Positions 29,651-39,518 of a stretch of DNA of 64,000 nt are shown one piece after another. The translations under genes were made by a program, and so were the position numbers. The stretch comes from an uncultured Candidatus Binatia bacterium (GTDB taxonomy: Bacteria; Desulfobacterota; Binatia; Bin18), in assembly GCA_965200965.1 (NCBI GenBank), contig OZ241744.1, positions 3,296,001-3,360,000 on the forward strand, in the 5' to 3' direction. Numbering within the stretch: position 1 is the first letter of the stretch; every line of letters starts with the position of its first letter. Under the pieces are notes generated by a model, which did not search any database, was not told where the DNA came from, and worked only from the letters and a program-made list of their open reading frames with translations.

Positions 29651-31174
29651 ATGAGCGGATGTGTCCTTGTCGCCTGGCTGGGCAATACCGACCTGCGCGT
29701 CTCCGGCGGTGAGTTGGGGGACGCATTGGGGCCGATTGGACAGGCGGCGCGTACCTTGGACTTGGAGGCGGTCCATCTGCTCAGCGACCATAAGCCCCGA
29801 CAGTCGCAGCGCTATCGGGCGTGGCTGAGTGAACGCCTGGGGATAGAAGCCAGCCTGCACCCGGCCCGGCTGAGCAGCCCCACCCGCTTTGATGAAATAT
29901 ACGAGGCCGCGGTTGCGGTGCTTGACACGCTCGGCGCTGGAAACGGCGCTCCGCGCCTGGTCTACCATCTCAGCCCGGGCACGCCGGCAATGGCCGCGGT
30001 GTGGATTGTGCTGGCCAAGACCAGCCACCCGGCTGAACTGATAGAATCATCCGTAGAAGACGGCGTGCGCACGGTGTCGTTTCCGTTCGAGATTGCCGCG
30101 GAATATCTGCCGGGCAGCACGGGCCCGAGCGATGACCGGATTGTACGCCTCACCCAAGGGCTGCCCCAACACGCCCCCGAGTTCGGGGCGATCATCCATC
30201 GCTGTGAGGCCATGAAAACCGAGATTGCCCGGGCCAGACGGCTGGCCGTCCATAATGTTCCGGTGCTGATTCAGGGCGAGTCAGGAACCGGCAAAGAGCT
30301 GTTTGCCCGCGCCATTCATGCGTCCAGCCCCAGGGCCGGCGGACCGTTCCTTGAGGTCAACTGCGGGGCCATTCCGGGCGAGCTGCTTGAAGCCGAGTTC
30401 TTTGGCAGCACCAGAGGGGCGTTTACCGGGGCCGAGGCCAAGGCCGGCTATCTTGAAGCGGCCCACACCGGCAGCCTGTTTCTGGATGAGATCGGCGAGC
30501 TGCCGCTGACCGCCCAGGTCAAACTCCTGCGCTGCCTCCAGGAAGGCACGGTCCAGCGCCTCGGCTCGACTCAGCCCAGAAACATTGACATTCGGGTGAT
30601 CGCCGCCACCAACCGCGACCTGCACGAAGAAGTCGCCGGCCAGAAATTCCGGGAGGACCTGTTCCACCGACTGGCGGTTGGCGTGCTGCGCCTGCCGTCG
30701 CTGCGCGAGCGGACCGGCGACCTTGGTCTGCTGATCGATCATGTCCTGGAACGCATCAATGCCGAGTGTGGGCGACAGCCCGGCTGGGTGGAGAAGACGC
30801 TTGCCGTTGAGGCGCGCAATCTGCTGCTCCAACACCCCTGGCCGGGCAATGTGCGGGAACTGTCCAACACCCTGTCGCGGGCTGCTATCTGGACGGTCGA
30901 GCCCAGCATTGACGCCCACGACATTCGGGCGGCCCTGTTCCCGGCCAGAAAAGACGCCCGGGCTGCTGACCCGGTGCTGAACCGCAGTCTGGGAGACGGC
31001 TTTGCGCTGCCTGGCCTGCTGGCCGATGTGGCCCGGCACTACCTGAGCCGGGCGCTGGCCGAGACCGGGGGCAACAAGTCGGCAGCGTGCAGGCTCGTCG
31101 GCCTCCCCAACTCCCAGACCTTCACCAACTGGCTGAAAAAATATGGGGTCGGGAGAGCGCCGCGCTTGGGATAA
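29651..31174 (+). CDS. Sigma54-dependent activator with N-terminal CARF-like (RtcR-type) sensor, AAA+ and HTH domains
   Basis: LVAWLGNTDL and LVYHLSPGTPAM (RtcR-like N-domain); GESGTGKE, intact GAFTGA, FLDEIGEL, FREDLFHRL and WPGNVREL; HTH GNKSAACRLVGL. Confidence 0.88.
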   Translation: MSGCVLVAWLGNTDLRVSGGELGDALGPIGQAARTLDLEAVHLLSDHKPRQSQRYRAWLSERLGIEASLHPARLSSPTRFDEIYEAAVAVLDTLGAGNGAPRLVYHLSPGTPAMAAVWIVLAKTSHPAELIESSVEDGVRTVSFPFEIAAEYLPGSTGPSDDRIVRLTQGLPQHAPEFGAIIHRCEAMKTEIARARRLAVHNVPVLIQGESGTGKELFARAIHASSPRAGGPFLEVNCGAIPGELLEAEFFGSTRGAFTGAEAKAGYLEAAHTGSLFLDEIGELPLTAQVKLLRCLQEGTVQRLGSTQPRNIDIRVIAATNRDLHEEVAGQKFREDLFHRLAVGVLRLPSLRERTGDLGLLIDHVLERINAECGRQPGWVEKTLAVEARNLLLQHPWPGNVRELSNTLSRAAIWTVEPSIDAHDIRAALFPARKDARAADPVLNRSLGDGFALPGLLADVARHYLSRALAETGGNKSAACRLVGLPNSQTFTNWLKKYGVGRAPRLG

Positions 31175-31249
31175 TCCTGACCCAATACCTGAAGGGCGGC
31201 ACCTCTCCCTTCATCCTGTCCCCCTTTGCAGGCCGTGGCCGGCGACGCG

Positions 31250-32689
31250 CTACAATACCGGCCGTGCTGTCACATCCCCGGACACGCGCCGCTTGAGCCA
31301 GCGGCCGTCGCTCGAGCTGCCCACCAGTTTGCCATCCTCAACAATCACCTTGCCCCGCAGCAGGGTCATAACCGGCCAGGCCCGGGCGGCAAAGCCCTCC
31401 CAGATGCTGTAGTCGGAATTGGCGTGCAGGTCGTCCAGGCCGATGGTCTTGTGCAGCGTGGGGTCAAGCACGACCAGGTCGGCATCGTTGCCCGGCTGAA
31501 TCGTCCCCTTCTGCGGATACAGCCCGAGCAGCTTGGCCGCGTTGGTTGAGGTAATGTCCGCAAAGCGCTGGAGGGACATCTTCCGCTCGGCCACAAACTT
31601 GGTGTAGGCAACCGGGATGCGGGTCTCAATCCCGTTATGGCCGCCACACACCGTCTCAATGGTGTCGCCCCACAGTTTGGGGCCCTTGTGGGTGGTATAT
31701 TCGTCGGTGGCGGTGGTGGCCAGCCGTCCGTCCATCAGGCCGGCAATCAGCGCGTCCCGGTCATCGGCGAACTTGATGGCCGGGTAGGTATGAATGGCGG
31801 TTCCGCCGGGCTTTTTGTAATCGTCGCAGGTGAACTCCAGGTAGTTGTGCAGCGCCTCGCCGTACACCGGCTGGCCGGCGTTGCGCGCCTCGGCAATCGC
31901 CGCCACGCCTTCCTTGGCCGTGGTATGCACAAAATACACCCCCACGCCGCTATGCCGGGCCAGCCGAATAATATGCCGGAAGGCCAAGTCTTCAGACAGA
32001 TTGTTATGCACCAGGTGCAGGTTGTAGCCCTGGGCGCTGTTCTCGCGCTTGAGCTTCTCGGTCATATAGCGCACGACCTCATCCTCTTCGGCATGCACGG
32101 CCATGATGCCGCCGTGCCTGGCGACCTCGGCAAAGATGGCCGACAGATGGCCGTAGGGGACCCGGATAGGATGAAAGGTGGTGAAAATTTTGAAGCTGGC
32201 CACGCCCTCCTGCACGGCCTCAGCAATCTCGCCGATGGTCTGCGGGGCCACCTCACCGGCCAGAATATAGTGGAAGCTGTAGTCGGTGTAGGCGTGGGTC
32301 CGAAACACCTCACGGCGCTCTTCCAGCACGCTCATCATCGACCTGGCCGGCGCATCGCCCTTGTCCTGGAAGCTCAGGTCTCCGGCAAAATCGACAATCG
32401 TTGTCACCCCGCCAAAGGCCGCCGCCCGGCTGGCGTCCTGCGGTGGCTGGGTCATGATGTCGGGCTGGCCAGACCACTGGCTGGGTACCGGAATGCCGAT
32501 ATGGGCGTGGGGCTCGATACCGCCCGGAATGACGATCTTGCCGTGTGCGTCAATCTCCCGTCCAGCGTCCGCGGCCAAGCTGCCGGCCCAGCCAAGCGCA
32601 GCGATTTTTTCCCCCTGAATGCCGATATCCATCTCCCCAACGGCCTGGGGAGTGACAACCTGTCCGCCTTTGATAATCAGATCGAGCAT
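31250..32689 (-). CDS. Dihydropyrimidinase/hydantoinase-like amidohydrolase
   Basis: LDLIIKGGQVVT, PGGIEPHAH, AAAFGGVTT, SFKIF, VHAE and KGTIQPGNDADLV. Confidence 0.88.
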   Translation of the reverse strand: MLDLIIKGGQVVTPQAVGEMDIGIQGEKIAALGWAGSLAADAGREIDAHGKIVIPGGIEPHAHIGIPVPSQWSGQPDIMTQPPQDASRAAAFGGVTTIVDFAGDLSFQDKGDAPARSMMSVLEERREVFRTHAYTDYSFHYILAGEVAPQTIGEIAEAVQEGVASFKIFTTFHPIRVPYGHLSAIFAEVARHGGIMAVHAEEDEVVRYMTEKLKRENSAQGYNLHLVHNNLSEDLAFRHIIRLARHSGVGVYFVHTTAKEGVAAIAEARNAGQPVYGEALHNYLEFTCDDYKKPGGTAIHTYPAIKFADDRDALIAGLMDGRLATTATDEYTTHKGPKLWGDTIETVCGGHNGIETRIPVAYTKFVAERKMSLQRFADITSTNAAKLLGLYPQKGTIQPGNDADLVVLDPTLHKTIGLDDLHANSDYSIWEGFAARAWPVMTLLRGKVIVEDGKLVGSSSDGRWLKRRVSGDVTARPVL

Positions 32690-32813
32690 GACTCCCTCCT
32701 GCCCTCCCTTATGGGCGAGAAGGGCGCGGAATACAAGGGAAAGCCGGCCACCGAAACGCCCTGGGCCGGGAAGAGCTTGTGTCATCCAGAAGAAAAGGTG
32801 CTATGACACATCC

Positions 32814-34133
32814 GTGGAACACAGCCAGGAACTCAAGCGAAGTCTGGGGCCGTTGATGCTGTGGGGTCTGGGGGTGGGCTATGTCATCTCCGGGATGTAC
32901 TTTGGCTGGAACCTGGGCCTGGCCGAGGGCGGAACCCTGGGCATGGCGGTTGCCACCCTGTTTATCATCGTCCTGTACGTCTCGTTCACCTTCAGCTATA
33001 TGGAACTGGCCTGCGCCATCCCCAAAGCCGGCGGCGCGGCTGACTACGCCTGCGCGGCCCTGGGTCGGCGGTGGGGGTTTGTGGTCGGCATGGCCCAGAA
33101 TATCGAGTTCATTTTCGCCCCGCCGGCCATTGCCTTCGCCATCGGGGCCTATCTGGCGAACTGGATTCCGGGCACGACCACCACCACAATGGCCGTAGCC
33201 GCCTACCTGCTTTTCACCGTCATCAACATCATTGGGGTCAAAACCGCGGCCCTGTTTGAGCTGCTGATGACCGCCATCGCGGCGCTCGGCCTGCTGGTGT
33301 TCAGCGGCGTCAGCCTCCCCTATTTTGAGTGGCAGCATGTCACCGCAAACGCCCTGCCCAAGGGCTGGGGCGGCGCTTTTGCCGCCATCCCCTTTGCCAT
33401 CTGGTTTTTCCTGGCGATTGAGGGGGTGGCCAATGTGGCCGAGGAGACCATCAACCCCCAGCGCAACATCCTGCTGGGCTTCGGCCTGGCCCTCCTGACC
33501 CTGGTCGTCCTGTGCCTTGTGGTATTTACCAGCTCCGTCGGGGTAGCCGGTTGGGAGGCGGTCGTCTATCCCGCCCACAGCGCCCAGCCCTCCGACTCGC
33601 CCCTGCCCCTGGTGCTGGGCCATATCGTCAGCGACAACGACGTGACCCGGCATGTGCTGATTGCCACCGGCGTTTTCGGTCTGATGGCCTCCTTCCACGG
33701 GATCATGCTGGCCGGCGGAAGAGCGGTCTTCGAGTTTTCCCGTCTGGGTTTTGCGCCCGCGGCTCTGGGGACCATCCATCGCCGATACCGGACTCCGGTC
33801 AAAGCCTTTCTGTTCAATACCGGGCTGGGGATCATCATCCTGTTTTCGGGCCGAACCGGTGAGGTCATCGTCATTGCCTGTTTTGGGGCCTTGACCCTGT
33901 ACATCGTCTCCATGCTGGCCTTTTTCAAACTGCGGCAAGACGCACCCCATATGGACCGGCCTTTCAAGACCCCCTGTTATCCGGCAACCCCGGCCCTGGC
34001 CCTGCTGACGTCGATCGTCAGCCTGATCTCGCTCAGCATCTATCATGTGTATCCGGGCCTGATTTTTTATCTGCTGCTGGGGCTGACATTTGCCGGCTTC
34101 CGGTTTTGTGTCGAGGACAAGCGCCCTGTCTGA
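32814..34133 (+). CDS. eat: Ethanolamine permease (APC family)
   Basis: LWGLGVGYVISGMYFGWN, FAPPAIA, IPFAIWFFLAIEG and ASFHGI. Confidence 0.85.
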   Translation: MEHSQELKRSLGPLMLWGLGVGYVISGMYFGWNLGLAEGGTLGMAVATLFIIVLYVSFTFSYMELACAIPKAGGAADYACAALGRRWGFVVGMAQNIEFIFAPPAIAFAIGAYLANWIPGTTTTTMAVAAYLLFTVINIIGVKTAALFELLMTAIAALGLLVFSGVSLPYFEWQHVTANALPKGWGGAFAAIPFAIWFFLAIEGVANVAEETINPQRNILLGFGLALLTLVVLCLVVFTSSVGVAGWEAVVYPAHSAQPSDSPLPLVLGHIVSDNDVTRHVLIATGVFGLMASFHGIMLAGGRAVFEFSRLGFAPAALGTIHRRYRTPVKAFLFNTGLGIIILFSGRTGEVIVIACFGALTLYIVSMLAFFKLRQDAPHMDRPFKTPCYPATPALALLTSIVSLISLSIYHVYPGLIFYLLLGLTFAGFRFCVEDKRPV

Positions 34134-34189
34134 GGACGGTTTTCCTGCTGACCCTGGACCTGGCCTGCGTCTCAGGATAGACAGGCAGC

Positions 34190-35542
34190 ATGAGCAGTTA
34201 CGATTACGACCTGTTTGTGCTGGGAGCCGGCTCGGGCGGGGTGCGGGCCAGCCGCATGGCGGCGGCCTATGGCGCACGGGTGGCCGTGGTGGAGGAACGC
34301 TATCTCGGCGGGACGTGTGTGAATGTCGGCTGTATTCCGAAAAAACTGTTTGTGTATGCGGCCGAGTTCCGGGATCATTTTGAGGACGCCGCCGGCTTTG
34401 GCTGGACGGTGGGCCAGTGCAGCCTTGATTGGCCGCGCCTGGTCGCCAATAAAAACGCCGAGATCGAACGCCTGAACGGCATCTACCGCACGCTGCTGAG
34501 CAACGCCGGAGCCGAGATTATCGAAGGCCGGGCCCGGCTGCTTGACCCGCATACGGTTGCCGTTGGCGACCGGCGCTCTACGGCCGAGTATATTCTGGTG
34601 GCGACCGGCAGTTGGCCCTACCTGCCCCCGATTCCGGGCATTGAACACGCCATCTCGTCCAACGAGGCGTTTTATCTGGACCGCCTGCCCGAGCGGGTGC
34701 TTGTTGTCGGCGGAGGCTATATTGCGGTTGAGTTTGCCACAATTTTCCACGGCCTCGGCGTTAAGGTGACAGAGCTGTACCGGGGTGAGCTCTTCTTGCG
34801 CGGCTTTGATAGCGATGTCCGTCGGGCGCTGGCCGAGGAGATGCGCAAACGGGCCATTGACCTGCGCTTCCAGGCCGATGTCGCCCGGATTGAGCGCAAC
34901 AACGGCGCTCTCACAGCCACCCTGACAGACGGCACCCGCCTGGAAACCGAGCTGATTCTGTACGCCACCGGACGCTTGCCAAACACCCGGGATATCGGAC
35001 TCGAAGCGGTCGGGGTGGCAATGAACGACATCGGTGCGGTCACGGTTGACGCCTATTCACGCTCCACCGTCCCCCATATCTTTGCCATTGGTGACTGCAC
35101 CGACCGGCTGAATCTGACACCTATGGCTATTGCCGAGGGCCAAGCCGTGGCCGAAACCCTGTTTCACGACCGGCCGACCCGACCCGACCACACCAATGTC
35201 GCCACCGCGGTCTTCAGTCATCCGCCGATTGGCGCGGTCGGCCTGACCGAAGACGAAGCGCGGCAACGCTACCCGGCTATCGATGTCTACACCTCGACCT
35301 TTCGGCCGCTCAAGCACACCCTGAGCGGCCGGGCCGAGCAAACATGTATGAAACTCGTGGTAGACCGGGCGTCTGACCGGGTACTGGGCTGTCATATGCT
35401 CGGTCCCGAGGCCGGCGAGATTATTCAGGGTTTTTCGGTGGCGATACAGTGCGGGGCGACCAAAGCCCAGTTTGACGCCACCATCGGGATTCACCCCACG
35501 GCGGCAGAAGAGTTTGTCACCATGCGAACAAAGCGAGACTGA
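34190..35542 (+). CDS. gor: Glutathione-disulfide reductase
   Basis: GAGSGG, GGTCVNVGCIPKK, GGGYIAVEFA and TIGIHPTAAEEFVTMR. Confidence 0.95.
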   Translation: MSSYDYDLFVLGAGSGGVRASRMAAAYGARVAVVEERYLGGTCVNVGCIPKKLFVYAAEFRDHFEDAAGFGWTVGQCSLDWPRLVANKNAEIERLNGIYRTLLSNAGAEIIEGRARLLDPHTVAVGDRRSTAEYILVATGSWPYLPPIPGIEHAISSNEAFYLDRLPERVLVVGGGYIAVEFATIFHGLGVKVTELYRGELFLRGFDSDVRRALAEEMRKRAIDLRFQADVARIERNNGALTATLTDGTRLETELILYATGRLPNTRDIGLEAVGVAMNDIGAVTVDAYSRSTVPHIFAIGDCTDRLNLTPMAIAEGQAVAETLFHDRPTRPDHTNVATAVFSHPPIGAVGLTEDEARQRYPAIDVYTSTFRPLKHTLSGRAEQTCMKLVVDRASDRVLGCHMLGPEAGEIIQGFSVAIQCGATKAQFDATIGIHPTAAEEFVTMRTKRD

Positions 35543-35554
35543 GGAGGAAACACC

Positions 35555-36637
35555 ATGCGCGCGGCGATAATGCGAGACCACACCCTGATCGTTGACGATG
35601 TGCCAGCCCCAGAGCCTGGACCGGGCGAGGTCCTGGTCAAAACCCTGGCCTGCGGCATCTGCGGCTCAGACCTGCACACCCTCAAGCACGCCGAGAAGCT
35701 GGTTGAGGTGTCCGGGAAGTCGGGCGGCATTTTCAATATGGATATCCGCCGTGATATTGTCATGGGCCATGAGTTCTGTGTTGAAGTCGTCGATCATGGG
35801 CCGGAGACGACCCGGACGCTCAAAGCCGGCAGCCGGGCCTGCTCCATGCCGGTCCTGGTCCGTCCTGCGGGCGTGGAGACGGTCGGCTACTCAAACGACA
35901 ACCCCGGCGGCTACGGCGAGTTGATGCGACTGACCGAGAGCTTGCTGCTGGCCGTGCCTGATGGCCTGCCGACCGACTACGCCGCCCTGACCGAGCCGCT
36001 GGCGGTCGGCTCTCACGCGGTCCAGATGGCGCGTCTGGACAAGGACGATGTGCCGCTGGTGATCGGCTGTGGCCCGGTTGGCCTGGCAGTGATTGCCGCC
36101 CTGCGCCTCAAAGACATCCGGCCCATCGTGGCCGCGGACTTCTCCCCCCGCCGGCGGCAACTGGCCGAGGCGATGGGCGCGGATATCGTCATTGACCCCC
36201 ACCAGCGGTCTCCCTACGCCAGTTGGCAAGAAGCCGCGGTGGCCGACCCCGGCACGGCTCCGCAGCAGGCCCCGTGGGCGACCGGTCCGCCGTTGCGGCC
36301 GGCCGCGATGTTTGAATGTGTCGGCGTTCCCGGGGTGATTGACCAGATTATGCGCTCAGCCCCGCGCAACGCCCGGATCATGGTGGTTGGGGTGTGTATG
36401 GAAGACGACACCATCCAGCCCATGTCTGGCATCAATAAAGAGCTGAACCTCCAGTTTGTGCTCGGCTACACGTCCGAGGAGTTCAGCCAGACCTTGTATG
36501 CTATTGCCGACGGCAAGCTGCCGGTCGAGCCGCTGATCACAGGCAAGGTCGGGGTTGAGGGCGTGGCTCAGGCGTTTGAGGAGTTGGCCTCGCCTGAGCA
36601 CCACGCCAAGATTCTGGTGGAGCCGTGGCGAAGTTGA
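35555..36637 (+). CDS. Zn-binding medium-chain dehydrogenase
   Basis: CGICGSDLH, MGHEF and GCGPVG. Confidence 0.9.
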   Translation: MRAAIMRDHTLIVDDVPAPEPGPGEVLVKTLACGICGSDLHTLKHAEKLVEVSGKSGGIFNMDIRRDIVMGHEFCVEVVDHGPETTRTLKAGSRACSMPVLVRPAGVETVGYSNDNPGGYGELMRLTESLLLAVPDGLPTDYAALTEPLAVGSHAVQMARLDKDDVPLVIGCGPVGLAVIAALRLKDIRPIVAADFSPRRRQLAEAMGADIVIDPHQRSPYASWQEAAVADPGTAPQQAPWATGPPLRPAAMFECVGVPGVIDQIMRSAPRNARIMVVGVCMEDDTIQPMSGINKELNLQFVLGYTSEEFSQTLYAIADGKLPVEPLITGKVGVEGVAQAFEELASPEHHAKILVEPWRS

Positions 36638-36649
36638 TGCGCGCCGGCC

Positions 36650-37105
36650 CTATACCGCCGTGCCCGTCTGCTGGGCCCACAGTGCCTGGGCCTGTTCCCA
36701 GCCGACCACGGCCAGGGTAGTGCCGGCCTCGTCAATAAACTGCAACGGCCCCAGAAAGGTCATGTAGAACTCGCTGTCCTCGACAAAGTTCGTCTGATCG
36801 TGGCGGGCGTTGCAGGCCTCATAACCATAGCCCACCGCGGTTGCGGTGGCCCCGCCTTCCTCGCTCCCGCCCCGGACTTCCATTCTCCCTTTGGTCAAAA
36901 AGTATTCGCCCGGTCCGACATGGACGTGTCGGGCAAAAGACGAGCCCCGGGGACAGTCAAAAATGGCCGTCCACGCGCCGGATTCGGGTGAGACGTGGAG
37001 GAGCTTCCATTGGATGCCACCGGCTGAAAACTCGCCTGGAAAGGGTTGCCAGGCGACTGAACTGATGTGGACATAGTCTCCGTCAAGTTTTTCTTTGAGC
37101 GCCAC
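36650..37105 (-). CDS. Cupin, 2,4'-dihydroxyacetophenone dioxygenase/ChrR-like
   Basis: WKLLHVSPESGAW, RHVHVGPGEY and YGYEACNARH; GTG start with AGGAGG RBS. Confidence 0.75.
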   Translation of the reverse strand: MALKEKLDGDYVHISSVAWQPFPGEFSAGGIQWKLLHVSPESGAWTAIFDCPRGSSFARHVHVGPGEYFLTKGRMEVRGGSEEGGATATAVGYGYEACNARHDQTNFVEDSEFYMTFLGPLQFIDEAGTTLAVVGWEQAQALWAQQTGTAV

Positions 37106-37367
37106 TGTCGTCCCTCCTGCTGCATGGCTGCGCCTGACATAAAATGATCCGGGCCGGGATGCAAGAGGCGTCCCGGCCCTCTTCTCCCGGCCCGCCAAAT
37201 GTGCGAGTGCTGCTGAGAGCAATAGACTTGGTGGTAGACGCCGCTCAGGCCGCCGACCGACGCGGACAGGCGGAACACGGATGGAGAGGCGGCTGGGGGC
37301 GGTCTTTGGGTCCAGGCTGTGGTGTGGCCCGACCCACCGGACCAAGCCGCCTGAGCCGAGAGACGCT

Positions 37368-39386
37368 CTACCTCGCCTGACCGTCCTCATCCTCCTCTTC
37401 CATCAGCATGACCGGGGTCAGAATGCGCCGAGGAATGCCGTCCAGAAAGCGCGACGGCCGGCTGAAAACCATGCCGGTGGCCCGGTCAAAGATGTTGATC
37501 GGATAGCTGATAAACAGGTTCTCCTTGGCGCGGGTGGCCGCCACATACATCAGGCGGCGCTCTTCTTCGAGTTCGTCGTCGTCTTTGTTGTGCAGGCTCG
37601 GAAAACGGCCCTCGACCGCCCAGATGATAAACACCGAGTGCCACTCCAGGCCCTTGGCCGAGTGAATGGTCGAGAGGGTCAGCAGCCCCTCGTCTTCGTC
37701 CTCGGTCGCCAGGATATTATCAACGCTGCTTGTCGGGGGCTCGAGCGCCATGTCGGACAGCATCCGATTCAGGCTGCGGTAGCGTTCGGTGATGATGGCG
37801 AAGTGCTCCAGGTCTTTTTGACGCTTGGGGGCGTCGTCCCGGTGGCGACGTTTCAAGAGCGGCAGGTAATAGCGCACGATGACGTCGAGTTGTTCGGCCG
37901 GTTTCAACTCGTCGGCCCTGGCCTGTTGCAGCGTCTCGGCCAAAGTCTGCAAGGCCGTGGCGACTGTGCCTCGCCCCTTATAGGTGGCCAGACCCTGGAA
38001 TTGGTCCGGGCCGTCAAGCACATGGGCCAGGATCGCCTCGCTGCTCTTGGGCCCTACGCCGTCCAGGAGCAACAGCACGCGGTACCACGAGACCGCGTCT
38101 TGGGGGTTGGCGATGATCCGCAGATGGGCCAACACGTCTTTGATGTGGGTGGTTTCAATAAATTTGAAGCCGCCCCGTTTGACAAACTGGATGTTCCGCT
38201 TGCTGAGTTCGATTTCGAGATCGAACGAATGAAAACTGGAGCGAAACAGGACGGCGATCTCGGGCAGCGGCACCCCGGACTCGCGCAGCTCCAGGATTTT
38301 CTGCCCGACAAAGCGCGACTGGTAGCGTTCGCTCTCGGCCTCAACCAGGACCGGCGCGATGCCGGCCTCGCGGCGGGTAAACAGATTTTTGGTATAGCTC
38401 TCTTTGGCCTGGAGGATGATTTCGTTGGACAGGTCAAGAATCGGCTGGGTGCTGCGGTAGTTCTCTTCCAGTTTGATGACGGTGGTGTCGGGGAAGAGGC
38501 TGGGAAACTCAAAGATGTTGCGCACTGTTGCGCCCCGAAAGCTGTAGATCGACTGGGCGTCATCCCCGACCGCCATTACATTGTCGTGGGAGTGGGCCAG
38601 CAGCCGGACAAGAGCGGCCTGGAGCCGGTTGGTGTCCTGGTACTCATCGACCATGATGTAGTGGAAGGTGCGGGACAGCCGGTCGGCCAGCTCGGGATGG
38701 TCGCGCAGCAGTTCGCGCAAACAGCTCAGCAGGTCGTCGTAGTCCAACAGGCTGCGCTCACGCTTATAGGTCCGGTAATACTCCGCAATCTGGCCCAACT
38801 CGTCCAACTCATTGAACAAGTGCGGGAACTGTTCGTCGAGCACCGCGGCCACCCCACAGGTTTTGTTGGCCGCCAGGCTGAGGATTTCCAGAATCGTCTG
38901 CTTGCGGGGAAAGCGGCGTTCTTTTTTGTCCAGACCCAGGCGGCTGCGGATCAGGTTAATCACGTCCTCGGCGTCGCTGCGGTCCAGAATAGTGAAGGCG
39001 TGAGCAACCCCCAGGAGATGGGCGTAGCGGCGTAAAATCGTATTGGCAAAGGAGTGAAACGTGCCGCCGGTGACCCGGTCGCAGCGACTTCCCAGGAGCG
39101 CCTCAACCCGGCGCAGCATCTCTTCGGCCGCCCGCCGGGTAAAGGTCAGCAGCAGGATGGAAGCCGGGTCAATGCCCTCCTCAACCATGCGGGCGACCCG
39201 GAAAACGAGCGTGCGGGTCTTGCCGCTGCCGGCTCCGGCCAGGACCAGCAGCGGACCCCGGTGGGTGACGGCGGCCTTGTACTGGGAGGGGTTGAGTTCC
39301 TCCTGATAGTTGATCAGGAAGCGCCCGGCCCGGTCGTCAGACTCTGGACGCAGCTTGTATGCTGCAGGTCGCGTCTGTTCACTCAC
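37368..39386 (-). CDS. UvrD/PcrA-family ATP-dependent helicase
   Basis: AGAGSGKT, LLTFT, TFHSF, VDEYQDTN, VGDDAQSIYSFRGA, STIHSAKGLEW and EERRLMYVAATRA. Confidence 0.95.
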   Translation of the reverse strand: MSEQTRPAAYKLRPESDDRAGRFLINYQEELNPSQYKAAVTHRGPLLVLAGAGSGKTRTLVFRVARMVEEGIDPASILLLTFTRRAAEEMLRRVEALLGSRCDRVTGGTFHSFANTILRRYAHLLGVAHAFTILDRSDAEDVINLIRSRLGLDKKERRFPRKQTILEILSLAANKTCGVAAVLDEQFPHLFNELDELGQIAEYYRTYKRERSLLDYDDLLSCLRELLRDHPELADRLSRTFHYIMVDEYQDTNRLQAALVRLLAHSHDNVMAVGDDAQSIYSFRGATVRNIFEFPSLFPDTTVIKLEENYRSTQPILDLSNEIILQAKESYTKNLFTRREAGIAPVLVEAESERYQSRFVGQKILELRESGVPLPEIAVLFRSSFHSFDLEIELSKRNIQFVKRGGFKFIETTHIKDVLAHLRIIANPQDAVSWYRVLLLLDGVGPKSSEAILAHVLDGPDQFQGLATYKGRGTVATALQTLAETLQQARADELKPAEQLDVIVRYYLPLLKRRHRDDAPKRQKDLEHFAIITERYRSLNRMLSDMALEPPTSSVDNILATEDEDEGLLTLSTIHSAKGLEWHSVFIIWAVEGRFPSLHNKDDDELEEERRLMYVAATRAKENLFISYPINIFDRATGMVFSRPSRFLDGIPRRILTPVMLMEEEDEDGQAR

Positions 39387-39518
39387 CGCTCCGCTCCATT
39401 CACTCGGTCTCTGGCCACAGCCGCCCCAGCATAGCGGAAAAGCCGCCGGCCGTCAGCGTGGCCGGCACGAGACGCTTTGCGCTGACAAGCGCGTTCGGGT
39501 CTGCTATGTACACTGCCG

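Noticed and set aside
37281-39035. 584-aa plus-strand ORF, and similar long antisense ORFs such as 43255-45252, 59804-61459 and 32709-34277
   Set aside because: They are antisense shadows of well-supported genes, expected in high-GC DNA, and carry no motifs.
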